A program made the translations under genes and the position numbers. From contig OZ245758.1 in assembly GCA_965227405.1 (NCBI GenBank), positions 1,705,693 to 1,769,692 of the forward strand: a stretch of 64,000 nucleotides of DNA. The letters run 5' to 3'. Positions within the stretch are counted from its first letter, which is position 1. Each line of letters begins with the position of its first letter. This document shows positions 36,737 through 46,166 of the stretch, in pieces. The DNA is from Polyangiales bacterium (GTDB taxonomy: Bacteria > Myxococcota_A > Polyangia > Polyangiales > Houyiibacteriaceae). The notes below the pieces were generated by a model. It had not been told where the DNA came from. It did no database searches and saw nothing but the letters and a program-made list of their open reading frames with translations.

Positions 36737-39700
36737 CAGCGCTGCCTCCGGATTTGAACCAAGCGTTGCAACGGACCTGGCGCGCGACGGTGCTTCAACA
36801 GTGCGCGACGCTCTTCGTGCGGCCCGCACACAGGTTTGTAGTCACACCAACGACACCCGTCTTCGATCGGTGCGGCGGGAAAGAAACCACGCTGAAGATG
36901 TGCTGCGACAAGCTCGAGATACGCGTTGACCTGGTCGCGCCCCGAGCGATCGAGCGCGACGTCTCGCACCGCAAAGTCGCCGCGACTCGTGCAGTAAAAC
37001 AGGCGACCGCCCTCCACGGTGGTGTCGGGATAGAGCTGTTCAAGGGCCAAGGCGTAAAGCAAGGGCTGCAGGACCCGACCACCACCGATTTGCGTCTCGG
37101 CTTTGACGTAACGCGGCACGCGTCCTGTCTTGCTATCGGTTGCGCGCAACACATCGCCTTTGCGCTCGACCAAGTCGATCGCTCCGCGAAGCAGCATGTC
37201 GGCGTGCAGCTGTACGGGCTCGGGGCTCGATCGAGCGTCCCGCCGAGTCCCGCGCGTAAGACCAAACGCGAGTTCGAACGCATCGGGTTCCCAGTCTTGC
37301 GCAGCCAGAACACTCAGCCACTCGTGCAGATCATGGCGCATGTCCGCGACCGACTCTTCCCATACCCGCGGAATCGCGGGCACGAGTTCTTCGGCATACT
37401 CCTGCGCAAGCTCGTCAATGACGTGGTCCAGCAGTGTGCGCACACGTGCAACCGCCTCAAGTGTATCGAGGGGCAGCATCTTGTCGTCCCGTGCACGCGT
37501 CAGCGTTTCGAACTGGATGTCGTGAATCAGCGAACCGCGTTGCAACGGGTTGAGCTGCTCGATCGCTTCAGGGACCTCGCGCGTTTCCAAGCGGAACAGC
37601 GTGTAGAGCGCGAAACGGTACGGACACGTCGCAAATGACTGAAGTGCGGTCGCCGAAAACGGTCGTGCCCCTGGTTGATGGCGTTCGAGCAGCTGCGTGC
37701 GCGGATCCTTGGGCGCCAACACGAGCCCATCGGCGGAGGTCCACTTGCCGGAAAGCCAACGCCGGGCTCGAAATCCAAGCGCACGTTTGGCGTGTGCGTT
37801 CGCATCGAGCAAGTACGCCATCCCGCCTTTTTGTTTGTCGCGAAACGCGTTGCGCAGTGTCGCCAAGTCAAACTCCGCCGCATCGATCGCAGCGAGAGGA
37901 TCGTTGGGCGCCGGCCAACCGGTGTGCGTCGGACTGGCCTCCACCGCCTCCGACTTGAGCGCGTCAAAACTGGGCAGTTCGCCACGTGCGGCACGCGCAA
38001 CTTCCAACGCATAGAACGAGGGAACGCGTGGACGCGAGCGCTCCAGATCCACATCCGGCCACGACAACACCACGCGCTGCTTGGCGGCCCCGAGCGCAAG
38101 GCGCAGCGACAGCTTCTCTGCATCCATTGCATCTGCGCGCGTTTGAAGCTCCACCGCAAGCTGAAGTCTCGACGCGTCGAGCAGCAAGGGATCTTCCAAC
38201 ACGCGCTTCGGAAACAATCGTTCGGCAAGACCCGGGACGAACACCATCTCGAACCGCGTGCCGCGAATCTCTGCGGTGGTAGCGACGAACACACCGTCGA
38301 CACGCTCGGTCGGACGCTGCAGCAGCTGAGTGAGCCGCGGTTCCAGAACGCGTTTGACCTCGGGTAAGTCGATGGGTCCCACCGGCCCCAAAGGTGCGAG
38401 TTCTCGAAGCACACGAAGCACCGTTTCCGGATGCCGAATCGCACGCGTCGCAATTGCTTCGAGACGCGTGAGCCACTCTCCCCAACGCGCGTGTTCGGGC
38501 AACTCCGAGAGCGCATCCAAGATCGGCATTGCAAAGAGCCGCAGGGACACGAGTTGCGCACGTCGCCGAATCAGTCCCGCACGTCGTGGATCGTCGGGAT
38601 CCAGCGTTCGGTGCTCGCGCTCGAGTCGCGAATGCAACACATCGAGACGTCGCTCCCAACGATCTCTGCCGCCGATCACCGCGGCATCGACAATCAATGT
38701 CTCCCAGTCGCGTGGGACTCGGAGCGTGCCCGCAATCGCGTTCGAATCTAGGTCCGCTGGCGCTTCATCGTGAACCGGTTCGGGCAACTGCAGACCGATC
38801 GGCATCTGCTCTTCGTCCGGGACAACCCAGAGATCCTGTGCTTCAGGCGGCGCGCCTTCCTCCAACTCAGGCACCACACCCAGCGAGAGATACTCGCCGA
38901 ACGCACGAGCGCTCAGCCCTTCGTGTTTGCAGCTCAACAACGCGAGCAGGGCTCGACCACTCGGATCGGGCGCGTGCGTACCCCGTGTGAAGCGGAGTGG
39001 AATCGAGGCACGACGAAACGCCTCAACGAGGTGCGGGCGGTACGGTCCCGGCGTGTGCAGCACCACCGCGATCTGGTCAAAACGCAAACCGTCTCGCGCC
39101 GCTCGCATACACCGACGTGCAATCTCCACGCATTCACGACTCGGTCCGGGCGCCGAAACGATCGTCACTGTCGAGTCGGGCGGATCCGTTGTCTCAATCG
39201 GCTCGAAGAGACGCATGCGTGCTCGTGAGAGCGAATCGACCAAGGGCTCTTCGACCGTTTCGCGCGGAGCACACACCTCCGAAAGCAGTCTCCATGCGCG
39301 CTCGTCTCCCGCGGGCAGTGTGATCAAGCCGTCGTCGCCCGCAATGGTTGCTGCCAACTTCGCTTCGAGCGGACTGGTGATCACCGGATCGAGGATCACC
39401 GTTGCTCGTGCTTCACCCGTCATCGCGGCGCGCAACACATCCGCACGATCTGCCAGCTGAGCAAGCGCGAGTTCTTCCTCAAAACCGCGACGGATCGCTT
39501 CGAGTTCGTCGTGCCCAACCTCGGCCAATGCACCCGCGGGCAACTCGCCCAATCGAACATCGTGCAACGTTCGCGCGAGAGCACTCGGCAGCCCAGGTTG
39601 GTCTGCAATCGGTGTGAATCGTCCCAAGCGATCGGCGATTCCCAAACGATGCACCACGCGAGCGCACACAGCATCCAACGCGAGCGACGAAGCAGCGCTG

Positions 39701-39933
39701 AGTTTCTTGCGGCCAAGTGGGAGCAGCGAACGACGCGCAATCAACGCACCCCACGAGACCGCTTCCCATCCAAACGTGGCGCCTTCGCGAACAACCGTAC
39801 GCAACAAACGCGATGCTGCTTCACGTGTGGGCGCGGCAATCCAAACCGGCTCATCACGTCGGCGTTCGGAAAGCCACGAACGAGCAGTCGCGAGACGAAG
39901 CTCAGCAGCGTGACTGGCGATGAGCCGCGGCAT
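36736..39933 (-). CDS. addB: AddB-type subunit (degenerate helicase fold + C-terminal Fe-S PD-(D/E)XK nuclease)
   Basis: No Walker A. C-terminal CRWCDYKPVC (Cx2Cx5C) plus an upstream Cys are typical of the AddB iron-staple nuclease. Confidence 0.7.
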   Translation of the reverse strand: MPRLIASHAAELRLATARSWLSERRRDEPVWIAAPTREAASRLLRTVVREGATFGWEAVSWGALIARRSLLPLGRKKLSAASSLALDAVCARVVHRLGIADRLGRFTPIADQPGLPSALARTLHDVRLGELPAGALAEVGHDELEAIRRGFEEELALAQLADRADVLRAAMTGEARATVILDPVITSPLEAKLAATIAGDDGLITLPAGDERAWRLLSEVCAPRETVEEPLVDSLSRARMRLFEPIETTDPPDSTVTIVSAPGPSRECVEIARRCMRAARDGLRFDQIAVVLHTPGPYRPHLVEAFRRASIPLRFTRGTHAPDPSGRALLALLSCKHEGLSARAFGEYLSLGVVPELEEGAPPEAQDLWVVPDEEQMPIGLQLPEPVHDEAPADLDSNAIAGTLRVPRDWETLIVDAAVIGGRDRWERRLDVLHSRLEREHRTLDPDDPRRAGLIRRRAQLVSLRLFAMPILDALSELPEHARWGEWLTRLEAIATRAIRHPETVLRVLRELAPLGPVGPIDLPEVKRVLEPRLTQLLQRPTERVDGVFVATTAEIRGTRFEMVFVPGLAERLFPKRVLEDPLLLDASRLQLAVELQTRADAMDAEKLSLRLALGAAKQRVVLSWPDVDLERSRPRVPSFYALEVARAARGELPSFDALKSEAVEASPTHTGWPAPNDPLAAIDAAEFDLATLRNAFRDKQKGGMAYLLDANAHAKRALGFRARRWLSGKWTSADGLVLAPKDPRTQLLERHQPGARPFSATALQSFATCPYRFALYTLFRLETREVPEAIEQLNPLQRGSLIHDIQFETLTRARDDKMLPLDTLEAVARVRTLLDHVIDELAQEYAEELVPAIPRVWEESVADMRHDLHEWLSVLAAQDWEPDAFELAFGLTRGTRRDARSSPEPVQLHADMLLRGAIDLVERKGDVLRATDSKTGRVPRYVKAETQIGGGRVLQPLLYALALEQLYPDTTVEGGRLFYCTSRGDFAVRDVALDRSGRDQVNAYLELVAAHLQRGFFPAAPIEDGCRWCDYKPVCGPHEERRALLKHRRAPGPLQRLVQIRRQR

Positions 39934-39996
39934 CGACCGAGAATGGCGGAAGCTATCGCAAAGCGAAAGTGAGGAAAGCGGCGGCCCTATGTAATG

Positions 39997-40012
39997 AAAA
40001 CCCGAAGGTTTT
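39997..40012. terminator. AT-rich hairpin AAAACC-CGAA-GGTTTT in a locally AT-rich island
   Basis: Lies between the stop of the 687-aa gene and the addB start. Weak stem. Confidence 0.3.
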
Positions 40013-40051
40013 AATAGAAGGAAGGACCGCCATGGCCTCGTGCGAACGCTA

Positions 40052-42115
40052 TCACAGCAGCGTGGACAAATCGAAAGCCGTGAAGTCGTTGTCCTGATTC
40101 ACGGGGCGAAACACGTACGCTGCCTCGTCACGCAGCTGCACATCGCGATCGTCATACGCCACACACATCCCGTCATCGCTTTGTGGCACGTGACGAAACA
40201 AGTCGTGCACCGTGGGCATCGTGTCCACGTACTCCAAGAACGCAGGCATGATCTTCCCGAGCACTTTCGTGTTTGACGCGGCCGAGTTGACGCGCCCGTA
40301 AAGGTTGGCGTCGACGTACACCAAGTGACGCTTCTTCACGTCGAGATACGCGATGTACTTGGTCAGGTTGCCACCCCGAACCGGAAACGAAAGTTGAACG
40401 CGTGAGGGCTCGAACATTTTCCCTGTCTCGGGTTTCTCACCCCACTGCAGCGCGGCTTGAACGTCGACCGCTTCGTCGAACGACTTGCGCGAGTAGCAGA
40501 GGATCGCCCACACGCCGTATCGCACACCCTCCTTCGCGAGCTTGCTCAAGTACAAGTCGATCAGCTGACATGCCCGGCCCTTCAGGTCTTTGGAGTTGGT
40601 GGGATCACCGCTAAAGACTGCCGTGCCATTGCGAAACGTGGCTTTGTTCCACGTGCAGGTGCCCATGGGCGTCCATTTGCTGTCGAAGAACGACCAGCCG
40701 TTGTCGTACCAAAGATTGGAACTCGTCCGGCCCGATTCCCAGTAGCTCGCCGTTCGTAGGAACGTGACCTTTCTTGGAATCTGAAACACGGTGCCGCGAC
40801 CGTAGGGAGTCAGATCCGAATCGTTGGACTGCAGACGAACGTTTGCGACGCGTGGATCCAAGCGCACCGTCGGAACAACCTTGGAGACGCGCTGTGCAAT
40901 CGCAGCCTCGAGCTTTTGTATGAGCGCGTTGCGAACTTTCTTCGGCACGCGACGTTCAGCGGTCTGAGGCCGGGTTTGCATCTTGGTCCAGTTGCCCTTG
41001 GGGGCGAACACGCGGAACCCACGATCGTGGTCGGTTTCAAAGTGGCGAAGAGTTTTGAGCAGCTGCAGTGTGCTCAGCTTGGGAATCACGTGTTCAAACG
41101 ACCCGGCAGCATCCGCACCAAAGAGCAGAAGCATGTGGTGCAGCCGACGCATGAACAGACCGGGTCGCTGCTTGAGCAAGACCAGGGCCTGCGGATCTTG
41201 GGCGTCAACACAACGCTCCAGTTCGGACTCGAACGTGGAAATCTGTCCGCCTTTGTAGAGAACGTCGTAGATGGCGACGCAACGCGGGAAGCGCTTCGCC
41301 CAATCGCCAGGTCGCAGTGCGCGAAACAATCGTTTGAACCGTTCACGACGACGCGCGACGTCTTCATCCAAGTTCGCTGCACCCTCCAGCATGGTCAGGA
41401 GTGCGCGACGTTCTCCACGCTTGAAGGAACGCAGCTTGGTGTTCTCTCGAAGTGACACGTCGCCTTCGCTCATCGCAACCGCAAGACGCAACACATCCGT
41501 CGCTGTGGAGAGCTCCGGTGGGTGCCCCAACTCAAGCAGGAGTGCCGCGAGTCGAATGAGGTTCTCTTTGAACGGTGACGCCGCTGGAACGACGGAGTGC
41601 AGCCGTGGTGCAAGCACCGCAACTTGCTCCCACTGACCGCCAGTCCACCGCGCAGGCAGGCGCAACAACGACGCGTAAATCTCGCCGAGCGTGTCCTCTT
41701 GTGCGACTTGCAACACGCGAAGCTGGATTTCCTCATCCATCGCTTCGCGCGGTGCTTCGTCCTCACGCACCAGGTCGTTAGGCACTCCCCAGTACATCAG
41801 GATCTGACGAAGCCAGTAGTCAGCCTCGTCCATCGCGAGAACCTCAGAGGGGAAGTTCTTGTAGACGACATGCTCCGCCATGTTCTTGTCGTCGCCCGTC
41901 ACCGCCATCAGCGCTTCTTCCAACGACAACCACCACGCTTCGATGTCGGCGGCAGATGCCTTTGCCAACGCTTCAAACCCCTGGTGCGTGAGAGCGAAAC
42001 CGTAGTGCGTGATGTTCGCAATGATCGTCGCTAGCGCAGCTTGATCGATCGCCTTCGCACCGGGATTGGGAACGACAACACGTCCGTGGCGCAGCAAGAG
42101 CTCTGCGTCCTTCAT
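40052..42115 (-). CDS. hypothetical 687-aa protein, translationally coupled to the MoaD-MoaE fusion gene
   Basis: The ATG at 42115 overlaps the upstream stop as ATGA. No motif I can assign. Trp/Tyr-rich C-terminal half. Confidence 0.55.
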   Translation of the reverse strand: MKDAELLLRHGRVVVPNPGAKAIDQAALATIIANITHYGFALTHQGFEALAKASAADIEAWWLSLEEALMAVTGDDKNMAEHVVYKNFPSEVLAMDEADYWLRQILMYWGVPNDLVREDEAPREAMDEEIQLRVLQVAQEDTLGEIYASLLRLPARWTGGQWEQVAVLAPRLHSVVPAASPFKENLIRLAALLLELGHPPELSTATDVLRLAVAMSEGDVSLRENTKLRSFKRGERRALLTMLEGAANLDEDVARRRERFKRLFRALRPGDWAKRFPRCVAIYDVLYKGGQISTFESELERCVDAQDPQALVLLKQRPGLFMRRLHHMLLLFGADAAGSFEHVIPKLSTLQLLKTLRHFETDHDRGFRVFAPKGNWTKMQTRPQTAERRVPKKVRNALIQKLEAAIAQRVSKVVPTVRLDPRVANVRLQSNDSDLTPYGRGTVFQIPRKVTFLRTASYWESGRTSSNLWYDNGWSFFDSKWTPMGTCTWNKATFRNGTAVFSGDPTNSKDLKGRACQLIDLYLSKLAKEGVRYGVWAILCYSRKSFDEAVDVQAALQWGEKPETGKMFEPSRVQLSFPVRGGNLTKYIAYLDVKKRHLVYVDANLYGRVNSAASNTKVLGKIMPAFLEYVDTMPTVHDLFRHVPQSDDGMCVAYDDRDVQLRDEAAYVFRPVNQDNDFTAFDLSTLL

Positions 42116-42768
42116 GTCAGATTCACCCAGTGTGCGGTCCCGTCGGGCGCCCATTCTTTCTTCCAGATCGGCACACTCTCTTTGATCGCGTCGAGCGCCT
42201 CACGACATGCGGCAAACGCTTCCGCACGATGCGCACCCGCCGCCCCGACCACCACAGCGAGATCCCCAACTTTGAGTTCGCCGATACGATGCACCGCCGC
42301 GAGTCGCACACCGTGTTTCGTAGTGAGCTCGTTCAGGATTCGTCGTGTCTCGGCGATTGCCATCTTGGTTTGCGCTTCGTAGTCAAGTCGCGCGACTGGC
42401 TTCCCCTCATGATGGTCGCGCACAACCCCCGTGAAGATCACAACACCACCGGCGCCAGGATGCGCTACGGCCCGGAACACCTCATCGATCGAGAGTGGTT
42501 CGTCGCGCACGTCGGCGAGCAGATCGCTTCCTCCGGCCACCGGTGGCAGCACATCGACGCGATCGCCTGGTGTGATCGTGTCTCGACCCGACCGGAGCTC
42601 TTCGTTGATCGCCAGTCGCATGCGCGGCAAATGCGGTGCGAGTTGGGGATGCTTCGCGGCAAGAAGCTCAAGAAACGCTGGAAGCGCCAACGGGTTGTCG
42701 AGCTCCAGTTGTTCTTCACGCGCGCCAACCAGTTCACGCGCTGCCGCGTGGTAGTGCACCTCGACCAT
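42112..42768 (-). CDS. MoaD-MoaE fused molybdopterin synthase (MoaX-like)
   Basis: N-terminal MoaD ending in LPPVAGG. C-terminal MoaE blocks VVIFTGVVRDHHEG...HRIGELKVGD...PIWKKEW. Confidence 0.75.
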   Translation of the reverse strand: MVEVHYHAAARELVGAREEQLELDNPLALPAFLELLAAKHPQLAPHLPRMRLAINEELRSGRDTITPGDRVDVLPPVAGGSDLLADVRDEPLSIDEVFRAVAHPGAGGVVIFTGVVRDHHEGKPVARLDYEAQTKMAIAETRRILNELTTKHGVRLAAVHRIGELKVGDLAVVVGAAGAHRAEAFAACREALDAIKESVPIWKKEWAPDGTAHWVNLT

Positions 42769-42775
42769 ACACGCA

Positions 42776-43189
42776 GTGTCTCAAATATTTCGGCGCCCGG
42801 TACCATGGAGCGTGGCGAACGTTCGGCCCACATCGGAAGCAGACTGGTTGCACCGCACAATCGCGGAGTGGACCGAGATGGAAGCCGGAGAGAGCCGCTC
42901 GTTTCGTGTCCCGATCGGCGGGTATCTGTTGGTCAAAACGGGTCAGGTGTTTGTGCAAAGTGAACACGCCAGACAGTCCGCGCTCTCAGGTCCGACGAAA
43001 GCCGCGATGGGTGGCGGGTCGATTCGCATCGAAGCTCAATCCGATGCAGCGGTCGCGCTAGGAACGATTCGGACGTATCTCGGCGTCGTCATCGACGTCG
43101 ACGCCGGCTACGCCAGTGAGTTGTGGGCACTTCTTGGTACGAACGTCGGAAAGAGACCGCGCGCTCGTTATGGTGCGCGCACGCAGTAG
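42776..43189 (+). CDS. hypothetical protein
   Basis: 137-aa ORF convergent on the Cys-rich lipoprotein gene. Composition is protein-like. Confidence 0.35.
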   Translation: MSQIFRRPVPWSVANVRPTSEADWLHRTIAEWTEMEAGESRSFRVPIGGYLLVKTGQVFVQSEHARQSALSGPTKAAMGGGSIRIEAQSDAAVALGTIRTYLGVVIDVDAGYASELWALLGTNVGKRPRARYGARTQ

Positions 43190-43950
43190 CGATTGACGCA
43201 GGCAGGCTCGGGCCGAGGTGTAGGCTCGCCAGGCTCACAGTCTTCGACCGAAGCGAGTTCTTGAAGATGTGTTTCAGCTTGCCTGCGTTTGCGCCGATGG
43301 ACCACCAGGTAGTCACCGCATCCCGGATCATCGAGAACGATGCAATCGGTGGGACGGCGACAACCGAGTCGAAGTTCCTGATTGCCAACGTCTCGGCGAG
43401 TGCACAGTCCCTCTGCGCAGTCGGCAACCAAAGCGGGAGCGTGGGAGTGCGCGCTGCAGCTCATAACCGCGGCACGTCGGTCATACTGCTCTTGAAGCGA
43501 AGCCGCGAAATCACGATGGATCACATCCACCATTCCACACACGCCTCCCACCACCACACAATCGTTCTTGGTCGAACAACGATAGGCAGAACTTGCTGCC
43601 CGACACTCACCATCGAAGCAGTACGCCACCGATTCGCCCAAGCTGTGACTGACGCCGAGCGTAGGTTCGCACTCGGCGCTCGAGCGAAGCTCAGCCATTT
43701 GCGCTTCGTACGTTTGAGCTCGATCCGTATGCACACCCACTTCGCGTGAGCATTGGTCTCGCCCGACAACACAATCCGAATGTACCGAGCACAGTGTTTC
43801 CGTCGTTCGGTCGGTTTCCGGGGCAGCCGACTCGGGTGTTGGATTGGGGGCGGGAACTTGCGACTCGGTGGGCGCCTCGTTCGCTCCACACGCGAGCACG
43901 AGAGTAAACCCTAGGGACAGGTAAACTCGTTTACCGTGCCTAAGAGTCAT
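43168..43950 (-). CDS. Cys-rich lipoprotein
   Basis: MTLRHGKRVYLSLGFTLVLACG lipobox. 20 Cys in the mature part. Confidence 0.5.
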   Translation of the reverse strand: MTLRHGKRVYLSLGFTLVLACGANEAPTESQVPAPNPTPESAAPETDRTTETLCSVHSDCVVGRDQCSREVGVHTDRAQTYEAQMAELRSSAECEPTLGVSHSLGESVAYCFDGECRAASSAYRCSTKNDCVVVGGVCGMVDVIHRDFAASLQEQYDRRAAVMSCSAHSHAPALVADCAEGLCTRRDVGNQELRLGCRRPTDCIVLDDPGCGDYLVVHRRKRRQAETHLQELASVEDCEPGEPTPRPEPACVNRYCVRAP

Positions 43951-43963
43951 AGCGGTTACGGCC

Positions 43964-45106
43964 TTACTCATCTTTGAGTTGGGCTTTGAGTTTCTTGGCC
44001 GCCATCGCGTAGCCACCGTCCGCACCATCGACGAAGTGAAAATGGTCTTGATCATGTTGACGGATCACGCAGGTCATCAACGCAGCCCCTGCAGAGTGAT
44101 GCCCGAACACCACGTTTGGGGTCGACTCGAGCAACTCCAAGATCCGGCCGCGCTGCTCGACGCTGACATCAAGCACCATACGCAGCATGTCGTCGAACTT
44201 TCGAAAATCGGTGTTCTGCACGACCTGTTGTCGATACACGCTTCCCGGAAAACCCAGCGCATCGACTTTTCGCGCCAACAGAAACCGTCCGATTGCGGTG
44301 AGCGCACGCGCCTTGGTTTTCCGCGACCAGTAGTTGAACCCGCTGGTCTCGCCACTTTGCAATCGTGCTTCGGCATCAAACCGATTTGGATCGCGCGCAA
44401 GTTGCAGGTTGCCCTCGGACACCGGCCGTCCATCGCCACTTAGAATCGCCTCCACGCCTTCGATCACCGCACGGTACGTTTCGCTTTGCGCTGCAGGATC
44501 TTCCGACGTCGCACGCACCAGTAGGGTCAGCACTTCGCCACGCTGCGCGTGCAGTGGTTGCCACCGACACTCGAATCCTTCGAAGCTCGCTGACGCGGGT
44601 CCACTCTCGATCGAATGTGCCTCTTCGTCGTCTTTGATTCGACGCTCGGCTTCGCTCACACCAGTGCCCGCCAACAACGCAAGCGTCACGTGGTCACTGA
44701 TCGAGTGCTTGCCGACCAGCACGGGAAAGCCGTCTTCGCGAAGCGTCCGAATCGATACGATGCCGAGGCGCAACGGCAATCCAAACGCGTCAGTCGACCG
44801 CGCTTGAACTTCACGCAATGCCGTCGACACCGCTGGAACCAACGAGTCGGGAATCAGAATCGTTGCGCCGTCCCCACCAAACACAAAGGGGATCTGCACA
44901 TCGCCCGCAGCATTTCGCGCCGCGACAATCGACGCTGCGCCCACGACGTTCACGTCTTTGTAGCGCCCTGCTTCGATCGCTTTGGTCGAACCACGAACGT
45001 CGGTGACGATCATGAACCAGGAGTCCGGAGCTTGCCGATACCGTGACAGATCAGCAGCATCACCGAACGCATCGATGAGCGGCAGATCGGCGTAAAACGA
45101 CTCCAC
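43964..45106 (-). CDS. hypothetical protein, nucleotidyl-cyclase-like N-terminus (DUF3095-like)
   Basis: MIVTDVRGSTKAIEAG...FGGDGATI resembles the class III cyclase metal-binding motif. Assignment is from memory only. Confidence 0.4.
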   Translation of the reverse strand: MESFYADLPLIDAFGDAADLSRYRQAPDSWFMIVTDVRGSTKAIEAGRYKDVNVVGAASIVAARNAAGDVQIPFVFGGDGATILIPDSLVPAVSTALREVQARSTDAFGLPLRLGIVSIRTLREDGFPVLVGKHSISDHVTLALLAGTGVSEAERRIKDDEEAHSIESGPASASFEGFECRWQPLHAQRGEVLTLLVRATSEDPAAQSETYRAVIEGVEAILSGDGRPVSEGNLQLARDPNRFDAEARLQSGETSGFNYWSRKTKARALTAIGRFLLARKVDALGFPGSVYRQQVVQNTDFRKFDDMLRMVLDVSVEQRGRILELLESTPNVVFGHHSAGAALMTCVIRQHDQDHFHFVDGADGGYAMAAKKLKAQLKDE

Positions 45107-45116
45107 GGGCAGGAGC

Positions 45117-46160
45117 TTACCAGGGGCGCACTTCGGGATGGGCTCGCAGCACTCGAGCTTGTCCCGCAGTCAGCTCGGTTCCCCCTTCATCTTCAGCAAA
45201 CATGAGGTTTCGTTCCTCACCGAGTCCGACTGGCGTGTCCTCGATCGGATCCACGAGAAGACCGGACTGACTGGGATGAAAAATCCCTAACCAGTGACAC
45301 GACTCGTGCGCCATCCGACGGCCGAGCTGAGCAGGATCGCGATCGAGCGCAACGGCAACTCCACCCGGCATCCCCACCGCACCTGGAATCCCACTGGCGT
45401 TTCCTGTGATGGCGTCTTCGAACTCGTCGATGAGGAAAACATGCAAGCCCGACCGTCGCGCGCCCTCATCAAAGAGCATGTGCAGATCGCCCTCACCTTC
45501 GGTGTCGTGGATGACTCCGTAGCGGGTGGGCACGTTCCTGAAACGAACGCTTCGGATGTCGATGGAGGCTTGAGCGAGGATCCGTTCCAACTCCCCGATC
45601 GCATCGTGGATCAGTTCAGACTCCGCCGCGTCATCCGCGCGCAACAGCTCGGATGCAAAATACAAGTTCAGGTCAACGACGCCGCGTTCAGGGACTGTGT
45701 CTCGAACGAACAGACGCACATCAACGGGTACGTCCACAGGTCGTCCCACGGCATCTGTCACGCCCACTTCCAACACGTAGCGCCCCGGCACGACACGTTC
45801 ACGTGCAGCGTCGCCGTTGGGAAACAACGCCGCGGATACGCCACGTCCTGGCAAGACAGGATTGATGCTTTTGAACTGCGGGCCAAATCGCCCCAAGAGA
45901 AGACGCTCGCTCTCCAGCACGTCAGGAGCGAAGTCTGCTGCCACGAGCGCACCACGAGGCCCCGTCAGTTGGGACACATAGTGTTGATGGTCGTCCTGAC
46001 CCTGAATCACGATCATGAATGCAGCCCCACTGGACAGCTCGAACTCGATCCGGGTCGTGTTTGTCGCAACACCCAACTCGAGAACGCGAATATCTGGGGA
46101 CAACCTGGCCGGGGTGCTTTGGCACGCCAACACCAGACCCAAGACGCCGAGCACCCGCAT
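45117..46160 (-). CDS. metzincin-like zinc metalloprotease lipoprotein
   Basis: Lipobox LVLAC. HESCHWLGIFH matches HExxHxxGxxH. Confidence 0.6.
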   Translation of the reverse strand: MRVLGVLGLVLACQSTPARLSPDIRVLELGVATNTTRIEFELSSGAAFMIVIQGQDDHQHYVSQLTGPRGALVAADFAPDVLESERLLLGRFGPQFKSINPVLPGRGVSAALFPNGDAARERVVPGRYVLEVGVTDAVGRPVDVPVDVRLFVRDTVPERGVVDLNLYFASELLRADDAAESELIHDAIGELERILAQASIDIRSVRFRNVPTRYGVIHDTEGEGDLHMLFDEGARRSGLHVFLIDEFEDAITGNASGIPGAVGMPGGVAVALDRDPAQLGRRMAHESCHWLGIFHPSQSGLLVDPIEDTPVGLGEERNLMFAEDEGGTELTAGQARVLRAHPEVRPW

Positions 46161-46166
46161 TGCGAT

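Noticed and set aside
37527-38561. 344-aa minus-strand ORF and other long ORFs inside addB and addA
   Set aside because: Alternative frames of very long genes. The AddA and AddB frames carry the helicase and nuclease motifs.
40031-40096. 21-aa plus-strand ORF with an SD-like AGGAAGGA upstream
   Set aside because: Too short. Lies in the 3' region of a minus-strand gene. The SD-like string is part of the AT-rich hairpin island.
42112-42768. MoaD-like ubiquitin-like protein as part of a ubiquitin-like conjugation or defence module
   Set aside because: The fused C-terminal domain is a canonical MoaE with all conserved blocks. No E1/E2/JAB genes are nearby. Ordinary molybdopterin synthase is the parsimonious reading.
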